Below are positions 29,518-39,479 of a DNA stretch of 64,000 nt, piece by piece. A model generated the notes under the pieces. It did not search any database. It was not told the origin of the DNA and was given only the letters and a program-made list of their open reading frames with translations. Numbering within the stretch: position 1 is the first letter of the stretch; every line of letters begins with the position of its first letter. The stretch covers positions 448,001 to 512,000 of the forward strand of contig CAVXYC010000015.1 of the NCBI GenBank assembly GCA_963765765.1, written 5' to 3'. The DNA is from an uncultured Chloroflexia bacterium. Lineage in GTDB: Bacteria; Chloroflexota; UBA6077; JACCZL01. Made by a program: the position numbers and the translations under genes.

Positions 29518-30750
29518 CTAGCCCGTTCGTGCCTTCTCATAGATGGCTTCATACCGCGCCGCCATCTGCTCGATCGTGAATCGCTCCAGGAGTCGCTCAC
29601 GCCCGGCGTTGCCGAGCTGAGTGGCCTCATCAGGGTTTTTGAGTATCCGGGCAATCCGATCTGAGACGCTCGCCTCGTCGTACGGATTGACAACATAGCC
29701 GGAGACTCCATCTTCGACAGCCTCCGGTGTCCCGCCAAAGCAAGTGCCCACGACGGCCCGCGCGGCTGCCATTGATTCCAGGTTCATGGTCGGAAATGGA
29801 TCGAGATAGGCGCTCAGATTGAGCACCGCCGAGGATCGATGAAGTACGCCCGGAACGTCTTCTCGAGGCACCAGACCAAGAAATCTCACTCGCTCAGCGA
29901 TGCCCAGGTCCTCTGCTACCGCGGCGAGATGCCTTCCGTACCATCCGTAACCGCCCATGATGACAAGCTGCGCGTCGGGGGCGGCGGCGGCCGCTCGATG
30001 GAATGCTCGTAACGCAAGCTCGTGTCCCTTGAATTGACTGAGGCGACCTCCCGCTAGCACCGCGGGCCCTGGCGACAGATCCCATCGCTGATCGACATTC
30101 GTAGATGTCCGGTTGATGAACTCGGCAGACGGGATGCCGTTGTGAACGACGCGGGCATTCGGAAGGCCGTTAGCGATGAGTGCCTGGGCGAGCGCATGAC
30201 TTACCGCGATGGGCGTCCGAACGACACGTTCGAGATACGCACGAACGATCCGATTTCGGACCGGAAATGACCAGTAGAGTGAGCGGCAGCTCCGGCAGCG
30301 TTCGGGATGCGCGACTGGCGCTGGGGTCGATCTATCCATGTGCTCAGGCTGGATGTAGCAATGAAACTTCGTGTAGCAAAAGGCCAGAGCATCCTGCGCG
30401 GTGTGCACGACCGGTGCGACCTTTGATGCAAGCCGTAGCGACTCGTAGCTCAGGTGTTGATGGATGTTCCAGGCATGCACGACGTCGGGCTTGAAGGCTC
30501 GCAGGGCACCAGCCACGCCGCCGGTTGCAGATGGATTGATCAGGGAAAGCGCTGGGCGGAGCCGGGGGTGATATTCGGAGTGAACTTGGTACACGTCCAG
30601 GCCGTTCCAGCTTGCATGTCCCGTGGCCTCAGGACCCGCGGTGAGCAGCGCGACGGTGTGGCTCTGCTGAAGCTGGCGCGCCAGGTAGCGCACCATCACT
30701 TCCCCACCTCCCGTGGCGCTGAAGGAATCAGCCATCAGGAGAACGCGCAT
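29518..30750 (-). CDS. Glycosyltransferase family 4
   Basis: GGGE, GRLSQFKG and DPFPTMNLESMA motifs; SD GGAGG. Confidence 0.9.
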   Translation of the reverse strand: MRVLLMADSFSATGGGEVMVRYLARQLQQSHTVALLTAGPEATGHASWNGLDVYQVHSEYHPRLRPALSLINPSATGGVAGALRAFKPDVVHAWNIHQHLSYESLRLASKVAPVVHTAQDALAFCYTKFHCYIQPEHMDRSTPAPVAHPERCRSCRSLYWSFPVRNRIVRAYLERVVRTPIAVSHALAQALIANGLPNARVVHNGIPSAEFINRTSTNVDQRWDLSPGPAVLAGGRLSQFKGHELALRAFHRAAAAAPDAQLVIMGGYGWYGRHLAAVAEDLGIAERVRFLGLVPREDVPGVLHRSSAVLNLSAYLDPFPTMNLESMAAARAVVGTCFGGTPEAVEDGVSGYVVNPYDEASVSDRIARILKNPDEATQLGNAGRERLLERFTIEQMAARYEAIYEKARTG

Positions 30751-30796
30751 GTCGCCTCCAATGGACGGCTCGATGATTCGATCGCTTGGGAGTGGT

Positions 30797-32143
30797 TCAC
30801 GGTCGCGTCAGTAGTCGCCAGCAGAGCGCATTCGTGGCAAGTCGTGCCGCGAGCATGAGAGCAACGTAGCTCGCGGCCGCGGCCATGGCGCCCGAGCTTC
30901 GTATGAGCGCGAGCGCGATGGGCAGCCCGATAACCAGCACAACGAGATGGACGCGAATTGGAAGGTCCGTACGGTCCAGTGTTCTGAAAAGCGGCCCCGC
31001 GGTGAGGCCGAATCCGAGAAGCGCGCTGTCAATCGCCAGGACGAGCGCGAGGGGAACGCTATCAGCATAAGCCCCGCCGTAGAGCGACGTAATTAGCCAC
31101 GGGGCGCCCATGGCAAACGGAAGCGTCAATCCCAACGAGATGAGTACACCCGATAGGCTCACCGAGACGAAAAATGCGCGCAATCTCTGGGGAGTACGCG
31201 CATGGACTTCTGGCAGCTTCACCATCAGAAGCCGCGAGATTGGCGCAAGTAGCAGCGCTGGTATCGCGATGTAGCTCAGGGCGATCCGCAGGTGCGCCAC
31301 GTCATCAGTGGCGACGACGGCGCCCAGGAAAAGAACCGGAAATAGCGGGTAGATCGTGGCCAGATTCTTGTCCAACGCCATCGTCAGACCTGACCTGGTC
31401 TCGTGCCAAACCGGAAAAGTGGGGTGGACGATGCCTACAAGAAGGCGCTTGATGGATGGCAGGAGGGGTGACCGTCGTCGCAGCCACTCGTAAACGAGGA
31501 CCGACACCAATGCAATCAGGATCGACGCGACAAGCTGACCGACCAACACTGCACCGGCAGTCATGCCCAGCAGCGCTCCGGCGATAGCCGCCGCGGCAAG
31601 CAAAGCATTGGAGCCGTTTTCGAGCCAGGCGAGCTCCTTGATCTTGCGTGCACTCTGAAGCGCCAGAACAGTTGTAGCCGAGATCACCACCCAGCTCACC
31701 GGTAGCAGGTAGAGGCGCAGCAGCTCGCCAAGCACCGCGTTTCCGTAGAGCAGCTCCGTGGCCGTCGGCGCGACGAGGATGGCGATGGGGATAATGAGCG
31801 TCGCCGACCACACGCCGATTGAGACGAAGTACGACATCGCCTTCGCAGCGGAGTCCACATCATCTAGTGCTATGGCGGCCGCAAGTCGGGTTGTGGCAGC
31901 GTGATCCTGACCCAGACGTCGCAGGAGACCCACGGTGGTGCCGATGGATACTACCAGCGCATAGGTCCCGTACTGTTCCGCTCCGAGCGCCCGTGCGAGC
32001 ACAATCGAGGCGACGAAGCCTACTCCAGCGGAAAAGAGCGCGCCGAGTTGCAGGATGCCGACGTCTCGAACGAAAGGGCGGCTGACGAGACTCCGAACCC
32101 GATCGAGAATCGGACTACCGCTCGAGCGCGGCGCGGTAGACAT
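30797..32143 (-). CDS. wzx: Wzx-like oligosaccharide flippase
   Basis: LARALGAEQYGTY; 12 or more TM segments; start placed at MSTAPR. Confidence 0.8.
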   Translation of the reverse strand: MSTAPRSSGSPILDRVRSLVSRPFVRDVGILQLGALFSAGVGFVASIVLARALGAEQYGTYALVVSIGTTVGLLRRLGQDHAATTRLAAAIALDDVDSAAKAMSYFVSIGVWSATLIIPIAILVAPTATELLYGNAVLGELLRLYLLPVSWVVISATTVLALQSARKIKELAWLENGSNALLAAAAIAGALLGMTAGAVLVGQLVASILIALVSVLVYEWLRRRSPLLPSIKRLLVGIVHPTFPVWHETRSGLTMALDKNLATIYPLFPVLFLGAVVATDDVAHLRIALSYIAIPALLLAPISRLLMVKLPEVHARTPQRLRAFFVSVSLSGVLISLGLTLPFAMGAPWLITSLYGGAYADSVPLALVLAIDSALLGFGLTAGPLFRTLDRTDLPIRVHLVVLVIGLPIALALIRSSGAMAAAASYVALMLAARLATNALCWRLLTRP

Positions 32144-33236
32144 CCAGGTAGCTGTCCGCGACGCGATCCCAGGCAAAGGAATGGGCATGCTCTCGTCCTC
32201 GTGCTCCGAGCGACTGAGCAAGCTCGGGGTTCTGGAAAAGCGAGCGGATCCTCGCGGCAATCTGCTCAGGCGATTCCTGAGGAGTCAGGTAGCCCGTTTC
32301 GCCGTCGATGATGGCGTCCTCGGCACCGCAACCAAGGGAGCCGATAACGGGCAAACCGTATGCGCCCGCTTCGAGATAGGCAAGACCAAATCCCTCGAAC
32401 GCAACACCGGTGTTTACCGGTGTGAGGGCGAATACCGTCGCTTCGCGGTAAAGCCTTTTCAGCTCTGCGTCCGGAAGTCGTCCCTCGAGTGAGACGTATC
32501 GCTCAACATGAAGCTCGGAGATTTGTTGACGAAGACTCTCGACATAACGACGATCGCTGGTATCGCCGACGATGGAGTACCTGAGCGACGGGAACTCGTC
32601 CTTCAGCAGCGCAACGGCTTCGATCGTAACGTGATAACCCTTTCGTCGCTTTACCTCACCAACGCCCAAGAGCAGGGGTTCAGTGGCCTTGCGCGGCCCC
32701 GGCGTCGCATCACTGGGAAGCTTGGCGCCATTTGGAATGACCTGCACGTCGGGCAGGTCGATCTTCTCGAGCAGTCTGGAACGAGTGTATTGGCTGACGC
32801 AGACGACTTGTTTCGCTGTTTGAAGTGCTCGGGTAAACGCCCAGCGGGTCAGCATGCCTTCGCGGAACGGCGACACTGCATAAGTCCCATGGAGCGTCAT
32901 GACGTGGCCGGACGCCCCAGGGGTGCGTGCTCCGAGGGCATACGGTTCCACAATGGCATGGATGAGGTTGGCCTCCCCTCGCCAGCGCGCGGTCTGATAA
33001 GCATTCCAGACTAAGGCGGTGGGTCGGTCCAGTGGAGCCAGTGGGCTGGTGAGGCAGGGGATGACCTCGGCGCCGTGGATCGTGGAGTCTGTCTGGTGTC
33101 GGCTCACAAGAATCCGCAATTGCACGCCGCGCGCAATGAGCGATTCCGCGAGCCCGCGAGCATAGCTTCCCCAACCATTGGTCGATTCGAGATCCGAACA
33201 AAGCCAGAGGAGCTGTAGGTCGGTGGTGGATGCCAT
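32115..33236 (-). CDS. Glycosyltransferase family 4 (PimB-like)
   Basis: RRKG and EGFGLAYLEAGA motifs. Confidence 0.9.
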   Translation of the reverse strand: MASTTDLQLLWLCSDLESTNGWGSYARGLAESLIARGVQLRILVSRHQTDSTIHGAEVIPCLTSPLAPLDRPTALVWNAYQTARWRGEANLIHAIVEPYALGARTPGASGHVMTLHGTYAVSPFREGMLTRWAFTRALQTAKQVVCVSQYTRSRLLEKIDLPDVQVIPNGAKLPSDATPGPRKATEPLLLGVGEVKRRKGYHVTIEAVALLKDEFPSLRYSIVGDTSDRRYVESLRQQISELHVERYVSLEGRLPDAELKRLYREATVFALTPVNTGVAFEGFGLAYLEAGAYGLPVIGSLGCGAEDAIIDGETGYLTPQESPEQIAARIRSLFQNPELAQSLGARGREHAHSFAWDRVADSYLDVYRAALER

Positions 33237-34441
33237 TACGCCTGTTTGGAGCTGACGTTCGTTAGGACGTCAAGGATACTGGAGGCGCGTGCGTCCCAAG
33301 AGTATCGCTGCACGTCCTCCCTGGCACGTGCGGCGAGTCGATCGGCCAACGTCCTATCGCTAAGCAACCGATCCACCGCCTGAGCCAATGCCGCGGGGTC
33401 ACCCGGCGGCACGAGCAGCGCATTTGCCTCATGTTGCAGCACGTCCCGTAAGGACGGCAGGTCACTCGCCACTATCGGTACACCAGCGGCCATGTAGTCG
33501 AAGAGTTTGAGCGGTGATGTGAAGTATCGCCCAAAAGGGGAGTCGGGTAACGGGATCACGGTAACGGCGGCATCTCGAAGCCGCCTTGAAACCTCACGAT
33601 ATGGTACCCAACCGGTGAATTGAACACGGGCGGACACACCGAGCTGTCTTGCTAATTCACGCAATCGTCGAATGTCTGGCTCGTCCGTCCCCGGCTTCTC
33701 AGTGCCGCCGATGATGACGAGGGGCTCGGCCCGCGGAGCTACCGAGGCGGCGCGAATCAGCGTGTCCACGCCTTTCCACGGATAGAGCTGACCGACGTAG
33801 TACACGCCCTTTCTCGTTGACGAGGACGCGCTCTCTTCAGTTCCGACGTTCGTGCCATCGGGGACCACCGCCATCTGCTCCGCTGCTCGGTTGTGTCGCT
33901 CGGCGATCAGTCGCTTGAGCTCAGATGTGACGCAGATGACGTGTCCAGCGCTGGAAAAGACGCGCTTCTCGATTTTCGCGATGCGCTCGGCCTCACGCGG
34001 CGCTCCTAGAAGCTCGGCCTCTAACGAGCTGAGATCGTGCACCTCATAGACAATGCGCTGCTGAATTGCGGTCCCAAGCTGACACAGGAGTGATGCGAGA
34101 CGGAGGTCTCGTACGATGATCGCATCTGGTAGCGGTCGGAGTAGCCACGAAGCCCGACAAATTAGCCCAGCAAGATATGAGGCCTGCCAGATGCGTGTGT
34201 ACCAACGGTCCACACGCGCGTGTGGACGGGCGATCGGAATTCGGACGATCCGAAGCCGTGAGTGAGGCTCCAGCCCGAATGGCTCGAGCACTTCACGGTC
34301 ACCGCCACGGTCTCGTCGCCCACCAACCAGCGTTACTCGAGTGCCAGCCCGGGCGAGGGCATGCGCCGTGTTGACGATCTGAATTGCGCGTGCCTTGCGG
34401 TGCGGCAGGTCCACGCTGGCTAAGTAGAGGATGGAGGTCAT
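33236..34441 (-). CDS. Glycosyltransferase family 4
   Basis: YVGQLYPWKG and FTSPLKLFDYMA motifs. Confidence 0.9.
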   Translation of the reverse strand: MTSILYLASVDLPHRKARAIQIVNTAHALARAGTRVTLVGGRRDRGGDREVLEPFGLEPHSRLRIVRIPIARPHARVDRWYTRIWQASYLAGLICRASWLLRPLPDAIIVRDLRLASLLCQLGTAIQQRIVYEVHDLSSLEAELLGAPREAERIAKIEKRVFSSAGHVICVTSELKRLIAERHNRAAEQMAVVPDGTNVGTEESASSSTRKGVYYVGQLYPWKGVDTLIRAASVAPRAEPLVIIGGTEKPGTDEPDIRRLRELARQLGVSARVQFTGWVPYREVSRRLRDAAVTVIPLPDSPFGRYFTSPLKLFDYMAAGVPIVASDLPSLRDVLQHEANALLVPPGDPAALAQAVDRLLSDRTLADRLAARAREDVQRYSWDARASSILDVLTNVSSKQA

Positions 34442-34536
34442 CGCGTCGTGTGAGAGACCGCTTCCGGCCGCGACAGGCAGAGACGTCCGTCCCACCGGGG
34501 CCGGTGTGACGGACGTTCGGCGCTAGCGTTAGCCAT
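34438..34536 (-). CDS. 32-aa bridging mini-ORF MANASAERPSHRPRWDGRLCLSRPEAVSHTTR
   Basis: ATG overlaps the last 8 nt of the upstream gene; TGA overlaps the downstream ATG (ATGA 34441-34438). Confidence 0.5.
   Translation of the reverse strand: MANASAERPSHRPRWDGRLCLSRPEAVSHTTR
34482..34517. repeat. REP-like hairpin
   Basis: ACGTCCGTC-C-CACCGG / CCGGTG-T-GACGGACGT. Confidence 0.75.
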
Positions 34537-35761
34537 GCTGTTGATCGAGATGTTCCAGGATCCGCTCCGCGCGCCTCTCCCACGTGTACTGAGCGGCTTC
34601 GGCGCGGGCGGTGGCCGCTATGGCAGCTGCGAATGGCGGATCATCGAGTACACGACGAAGTCCCGCAGCCAGGGCGGTGGGTGAGTCGGGCTCCACCAGC
34701 ACGCCATTCTCGCCATCGCGCAGGATTTCGCGGATCGAATCGAGATTGCTTGCTACCAGCGGCGTCCCTGCCGCCATGGCATCGAACAGCTTGAGTGGCG
34801 ACGTGAAATAGCGCGACATCAGCACATCCGGCAGTGGCACAACCGCTACGGATGCCTGAGCCAGGCACCGTGGGACCTGGTGGTACGGAACGAAGGCGTG
34901 AAACTTCACTCGATCCGAGAGACCAAGACTTCCCGAAAGCTGCTCTAACCGGGCGCGATCGATATCCGTCCCGTTCTCCTGCACGCCACTTCCGACGATC
35001 GTGAGAGTGGCGTTCGATACCTCAGCGAGTGCGCGAACCAGCGTATCTACACCCTTCCATCGATAAAGCTGCCCAACGTAGAAAATGGACCGTTTATCCG
35101 CCGCAACCGCGGTACGACCTGTCGGCACGTCAGCCCCATCAGGGATGGCTCGGACAAGCGACTCCGACACTCCCTCAGAATCCACGATGAGACGGCGACA
35201 CGCTTCCGTTAGAGTGATCAGCCGGTCTGACTGCTGGAGGACGAACGACTCCAGAGCCCGTGTGCGGTTGGCGACCCCCCACTGCTCTCCCTGTTCAAGT
35301 GAGCGATTGTCCCGCGGGCGTGTTCCAAACAGCTCATGCGCTTCGTAGACCACTTTTACTCGGGTCAGCGACCGGAGCTTGATAAAGGTCCAGGCAACCC
35401 GTGGATCCCTTGTGAAGACCCAAGCCGGCCTCGCGCCCGGGGGCATGCGCAACAAGCTCAGCGCTGCTCCAGCGCAATAACTTAAGTTCGTAACCGCCAA
35501 ACGTTTGTGAATCTCAATGAATCTAAGCGCTTCCGGTACCTGAGCAACGGTGATGGATTTAACGGAGAGGCGTGGATGGGACTCGAGTCCGTAGAGCGCG
35601 AGCGCCTGGGCTACGCCGAGCTTCATGGGACTCCACGGGCGCATCGTCATGAGACGCACTTTGCTGCCAGCTCGCGCCAGGGCGTGTGCGGTGTGTATCG
35701 TCTGGATTGCACGGGCCTGTTCCGATGGCCATTCAAAATTCCCGGCGTAAAGAATTCTCAT
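34529..35761 (-). CDS. Glycosyltransferase family 4 (paralog of 33236-34441)
   Basis: ARAIQT..TAHALARAG, YVGQLYRWKG and FTSPLKLFD shared with the neighbouring gene. Confidence 0.9.
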   Translation of the reverse strand: MRILYAGNFEWPSEQARAIQTIHTAHALARAGSKVRLMTMRPWSPMKLGVAQALALYGLESHPRLSVKSITVAQVPEALRFIEIHKRLAVTNLSYCAGAALSLLRMPPGARPAWVFTRDPRVAWTFIKLRSLTRVKVVYEAHELFGTRPRDNRSLEQGEQWGVANRTRALESFVLQQSDRLITLTEACRRLIVDSEGVSESLVRAIPDGADVPTGRTAVAADKRSIFYVGQLYRWKGVDTLVRALAEVSNATLTIVGSGVQENGTDIDRARLEQLSGSLGLSDRVKFHAFVPYHQVPRCLAQASVAVVPLPDVLMSRYFTSPLKLFDAMAAGTPLVASNLDSIREILRDGENGVLVEPDSPTALAAGLRRVLDDPPFAAAIAATARAEAAQYTWERRAERILEHLDQQHG

Positions 35762-36876
35762 GTGACTGGAATATCTCGACGGTGGCCGGATGCGCTGGAT
35801 CCCAATGGGCGGACCAATTTCACAAGCTCGTCAGCGAGGTGCTCGACGCTATGCTCCTTGATCACACGGTCCCTCAGCAGGTGCGCTCGGCCTTCGCGCT
35901 CGGCCACAGGACGGTCGACCCACCGTGCGATCAGACTAGCCACGGCCTGTGCGCTATGTTCTCCGGGGATGTGATCAGCGTGCTCGTCGCTGAAAAAGGG
36001 TCTCAGCGCCGCGTTCGTAGTGATCGGAAGCGCCCCCGCGCTGGCGGCCTCGAGGACGGCTTTGTCAAGGCTGCCGGTCTGGCTGCATGACACGAATATT
36101 GACGCGCGCTGGTATTCAAGCGAGACCTCATCATGCGGAACGCCCGGTGCGATGTGGACCTGGGTGCTGAGTGCAAGCTGCTGGACTTGTTGCTCGAGCT
36201 GGGCGCGATAGTTCTGCTCCTGAGGCAACGTGGCGCCACCGATGATGCGAAGCCGCAGATTGCTCAGGCCCCGGTCTCGGAGTAATGCCATCGCATTCAG
36301 CACAACCTCGTAGTGTTTCACCGGTGAGATTCTTCCGATGGAGACGATCAGGCTTTCGTCCCGAAATGAACCGGGGGTAAACGCGTCAGTGTCGATCCCC
36401 TGACCGGTGATTGTGATCTTGTTGCTGCGGATTCGCAGTCCGTCGGGCGTGGACGTTCCCGCACAGTCCACTAGAGCGTGGGCCAACCGCAACATGGGGG
36501 AGACCGCGCCGTGCGCGTACCACATGGCTAGGGGGACGCGAGCCGGTTTCACAATTGGAGCGGCGCACACGGCGAAGATGGGGCCCATGTGCGCAATGAC
36601 GCCATCTAGCTGACCGCGCCAGCAGAGATTTGCCAGGGTAGAGGTGAGGCGGGCGATCACCGCGATTTTGCCGCCCGGCCCGTCGCGGTCCAACGAATGC
36701 AGGGTGACGTTTGATGGAAGGGGCGGGTTACTACGCCAGAGCTGAAGCACAGTGAGATGATCGACTCGCGCCGCTAACCGCTCAACCCAGGTGTGAATGA
36801 ATCCCAATAGGGGGTCTTTCGGATCAACCAGTGGAGTGATCAGTGCAAGCCGCATGGTTCGGATCGCCTCAGCCAC
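35758..36876 (-). CDS. Glycosyltransferase family 4
   Basis: GRISPVK and TGSLDKAVLEA motifs. Confidence 0.88.
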   Translation of the reverse strand: MAEAIRTMRLALITPLVDPKDPLLGFIHTWVERLAARVDHLTVLQLWRSNPPLPSNVTLHSLDRDGPGGKIAVIARLTSTLANLCWRGQLDGVIAHMGPIFAVCAAPIVKPARVPLAMWYAHGAVSPMLRLAHALVDCAGTSTPDGLRIRSNKITITGQGIDTDAFTPGSFRDESLIVSIGRISPVKHYEVVLNAMALLRDRGLSNLRLRIIGGATLPQEQNYRAQLEQQVQQLALSTQVHIAPGVPHDEVSLEYQRASIFVSCSQTGSLDKAVLEAASAGALPITTNAALRPFFSDEHADHIPGEHSAQAVASLIARWVDRPVAEREGRAHLLRDRVIKEHSVEHLADELVKLVRPLGSSASGHRRDIPVT

Positions 36877-38005
36877 CGCGGGAGGCGACCGCTTCCAGGC
36901 AGACCTGGATCGTCCGGTCTACCTGGGTATCCACGGAATGTGCGAGCGCCCAGGCACGATTGCGGCGCCCGTACTCGGCAGCCAGCTCAGGCGAGCTGAG
37001 GCACTCGGCAATGGCAGTTGCGAACCCGCGGACATCTCCTGTGGGAACCAGCCAACTATTCTTCCCGTTCTCGAGGAGCTCGCGATTTCCTTCAATATCT
37101 GACGCGATAATGGGTAGTCCGATGGCCATTCCCTCGAGAAGCACGTGGGAGAGACCCTCGTATCCAGATGCAAGAGCCAGGACGGAGCACTGTGTCATCA
37201 ACGGCTCAATCGCAGCTCGTTCCACCTGCCCCAAGAAGTCCACTCTTCCGGGCGCCTGGCGGTTAGCTAGCTGCTCGAGCCGGTGACGATCATTCCCATC
37301 GCCCGCGATCACCAGGCGCGGTGCGTTAGCGCTATGCCGGAGTAGACCAATCGCCTGTATGAGGGTGTCAATACCCTTCCAAGGTGCCAGGCGGGCAACG
37401 GTGACGACCACCGGCGGCTCGGTCTGAAGCGTGGCAGCATGCTCTGGGGCGGGCACGGCGTTATGGACAACGCGAATGGACGAGCTCGAGATTCCCCAAC
37501 CAGACACTACCGACCTGAGGTAATTACTGGGGACGATCACGCGATCGGCAGCGGACACGTAGGTACGCTGCATCGCCTTGAGGAGCCGAACTCGGGGCCC
37601 GCCCCGGACGATCTGGAACTGATCAATGCCCACATCGCCGGAGCAAAGTCCGTGTCGCACCGAGAATTCCCACGCAAAATCACCAACGATCTTGATCACC
37701 ATCGGAAGCCTGCGCAATGAATTGATCAGCGCTGGCGGCAATCCGTAGTCGCTCACAAAAAGCAGGTCACAGTCTCGAGTACCGCGAAAAATCGCCCGAG
37801 TGAACTTTGCGAGTCGTACCGGAATCGACGTCGTGCGAGAGACACGTTCAATGGAGCAAGGGAGATCGCTGATCTGCGACTCACCATATGTAACGACGTG
37901 AACGTCATGGCCTCGTGCAACAAATGCCGGGATGAGCTGTGAAAGATAGGTAGGCGGTCCACCCACGTCCGGCGGGAACGTGCCCGACGCGATACAGATA
38001 CGCAC
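36869..38005 (-). CDS. Glycosyltransferase family 4
   Basis: FPPDVGGP, ARLAPWKG and YEGLSHVLLEGM motifs. Confidence 0.9.
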   Translation of the reverse strand: MRICIASGTFPPDVGGPPTYLSQLIPAFVARGHDVHVVTYGESQISDLPCSIERVSRTTSIPVRLAKFTRAIFRGTRDCDLLFVSDYGLPPALINSLRRLPMVIKIVGDFAWEFSVRHGLCSGDVGIDQFQIVRGGPRVRLLKAMQRTYVSAADRVIVPSNYLRSVVSGWGISSSSIRVVHNAVPAPEHAATLQTEPPVVVTVARLAPWKGIDTLIQAIGLLRHSANAPRLVIAGDGNDRHRLEQLANRQAPGRVDFLGQVERAAIEPLMTQCSVLALASGYEGLSHVLLEGMAIGLPIIASDIEGNRELLENGKNSWLVPTGDVRGFATAIAECLSSPELAAEYGRRNRAWALAHSVDTQVDRTIQVCLEAVASRGG

Positions 38006-38012
38006 GGCGGAA

Positions 38013-38018
38013 AGTATA
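38013..38018 (-). promoter_or_regulatory. Putative -10 TATACT, leaderless start of the minus-strand operon
   Basis: TATACT-N7-GTG(38005), no SD. Confidence 0.55.
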
Positions 38019-38300
38019 GAGCGCCACACGATAGCCAGTAATGAGTGATGAGTGATAAGTGGCAGGCGGGGCGAGCATGCATCGCTACTGCTGCTCGCTA
38101 CTCACGCCCGTTTGGCACCGTGGTGCCTACGTGTGACACAATCGTCCCGGCCGGAATCGTCAGGATTGGTTCGTGAGTCTTGACGGTTATGCATCGTCAG
38201 CAGCCGGCGGACTTCGCCGCCCCCCGTGTGGAGAGCGTGGACGAGTCCGAGTACCGAAGCCCATTCGTCGCTCTCGTCCAAGGAGTTGAGGCCGCCCTTC

Positions 38301-39479
38301 GTGCGCATTTTGATGCTCAACTACGAGTTTCCGCCGCTTGGCGCCGGTGGAAGCACGTCTTCGTACCACCTCGCTCGGACTCTGGTGGAGCTCGGCAATG
38401 AGGTCGACGTCATCACCATGAGTTTGACCGGCATTCCTCGGCAGGAGACCATGGACGGAATTCGCGTGATGCGCGTGCCGTCCCTCCGAAGTAAGCGGGA
38501 AGTCTGTCATACCCACGAAATGGGCACATACGTCCTTAGTGGGACCATGTTCGCCGCCGCTCAGGTGCGCCGCCGTCATTATGATATTGTCAACAGCCAT
38601 TTCATCTTCCCCACGGGGCCCATCGCCTACATGCTTCGTCGATTGGGCGGGCCGCGATACGTTCTGACCGCCCGAGGGTCGGACGTCCCTGGTCACAATC
38701 CGAATCGTTTCCGATTCGATCATCAGCTTCTCCTGCCTGCCTGGAGACACATCGTTCGCGACGCTGACGCGGTTGTGGCTGTGTCGCACGACCTCGCGGC
38801 GCGCATCCGCGCGCATGCCGGCTGCGAAGTCACGGTTATCCCAAACGGCTGCAGCCCGATTGCGCTTGGTGGATTCAGCGGCGAGCAGCTCGGTCTTGAT
38901 CCCAATCTCGAGGGTCGACGCATTCTCATGGTGACGCGACTCCACGAGTTCAAGGGTGTTCAATATCTCATTGAGGCAGCCCGCACAATTGGCTCGAATA
39001 TGGAGATCCATGTCGTTGGAGACGGCCCATACAGAGCCACGTTGGAGAACCTGGCGCACGAACTGGGAGTCCGAGTTCGATTCTGGGGTTGGCTTGACCG
39101 ATCCTCTCAGGAGCTGCGGGGCCTCTACCAGCACTGTTCGGTATTTGTATTTCCGTCGGAGCGAGAGGGCTCGCCCGCGGTGCTTCAGGAAGCCATGAGC
39201 GCCGGGCTCACCGTCGTCGCCGCAGATGCGGCTGGAACGCCCGAAGTCGTGGGCGATGCCGGGATCTTGGTGCCCCCGCGTGACCCCCAGGCAATCGTAG
39301 ATGCCCTGACGCGACTCTTCAGCTCGCCAACGCTGATCGATGAGCTGAGCGAGCGGGCTCGACGACGCGTGGTCACCGAATTCAATTGGACAGACCTTGC
39401 TCGTCGATACGAGCAGCTTTATCGGCGCGTTCTCGGACGACCTGGTAGCGAGCCCGCACTCACGGGCCAACCAACATGA
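38301..39479 (+). CDS. Glycosyltransferase family 4
   Basis: NYEFPPLGAGG, GSDVPG and EGSPAVLQEAM motifs; start uncertain. Confidence 0.9.
   Translation: MRILMLNYEFPPLGAGGSTSSYHLARTLVELGNEVDVITMSLTGIPRQETMDGIRVMRVPSLRSKREVCHTHEMGTYVLSGTMFAAAQVRRRHYDIVNSHFIFPTGPIAYMLRRLGGPRYVLTARGSDVPGHNPNRFRFDHQLLLPAWRHIVRDADAVVAVSHDLAARIRAHAGCEVTVIPNGCSPIALGGFSGEQLGLDPNLEGRRILMVTRLHEFKGVQYLIEAARTIGSNMEIHVVGDGPYRATLENLAHELGVRVRFWGWLDRSSQELRGLYQHCSVFVFPSEREGSPAVLQEAMSAGLTVVAADAAGTPEVVGDAGILVPPRDPQAIVDALTRLFSSPTLIDELSERARRRVVTEFNWTDLARRYEQLYRRVLGRPGSEPALTGQPT

Noticed and set aside
38038-38065. Heptamer run AGTAATG-AGTGATG-AGTGATA-AGTGGCA
   Set aside because: Only three to four degenerate units; too short to assign a function
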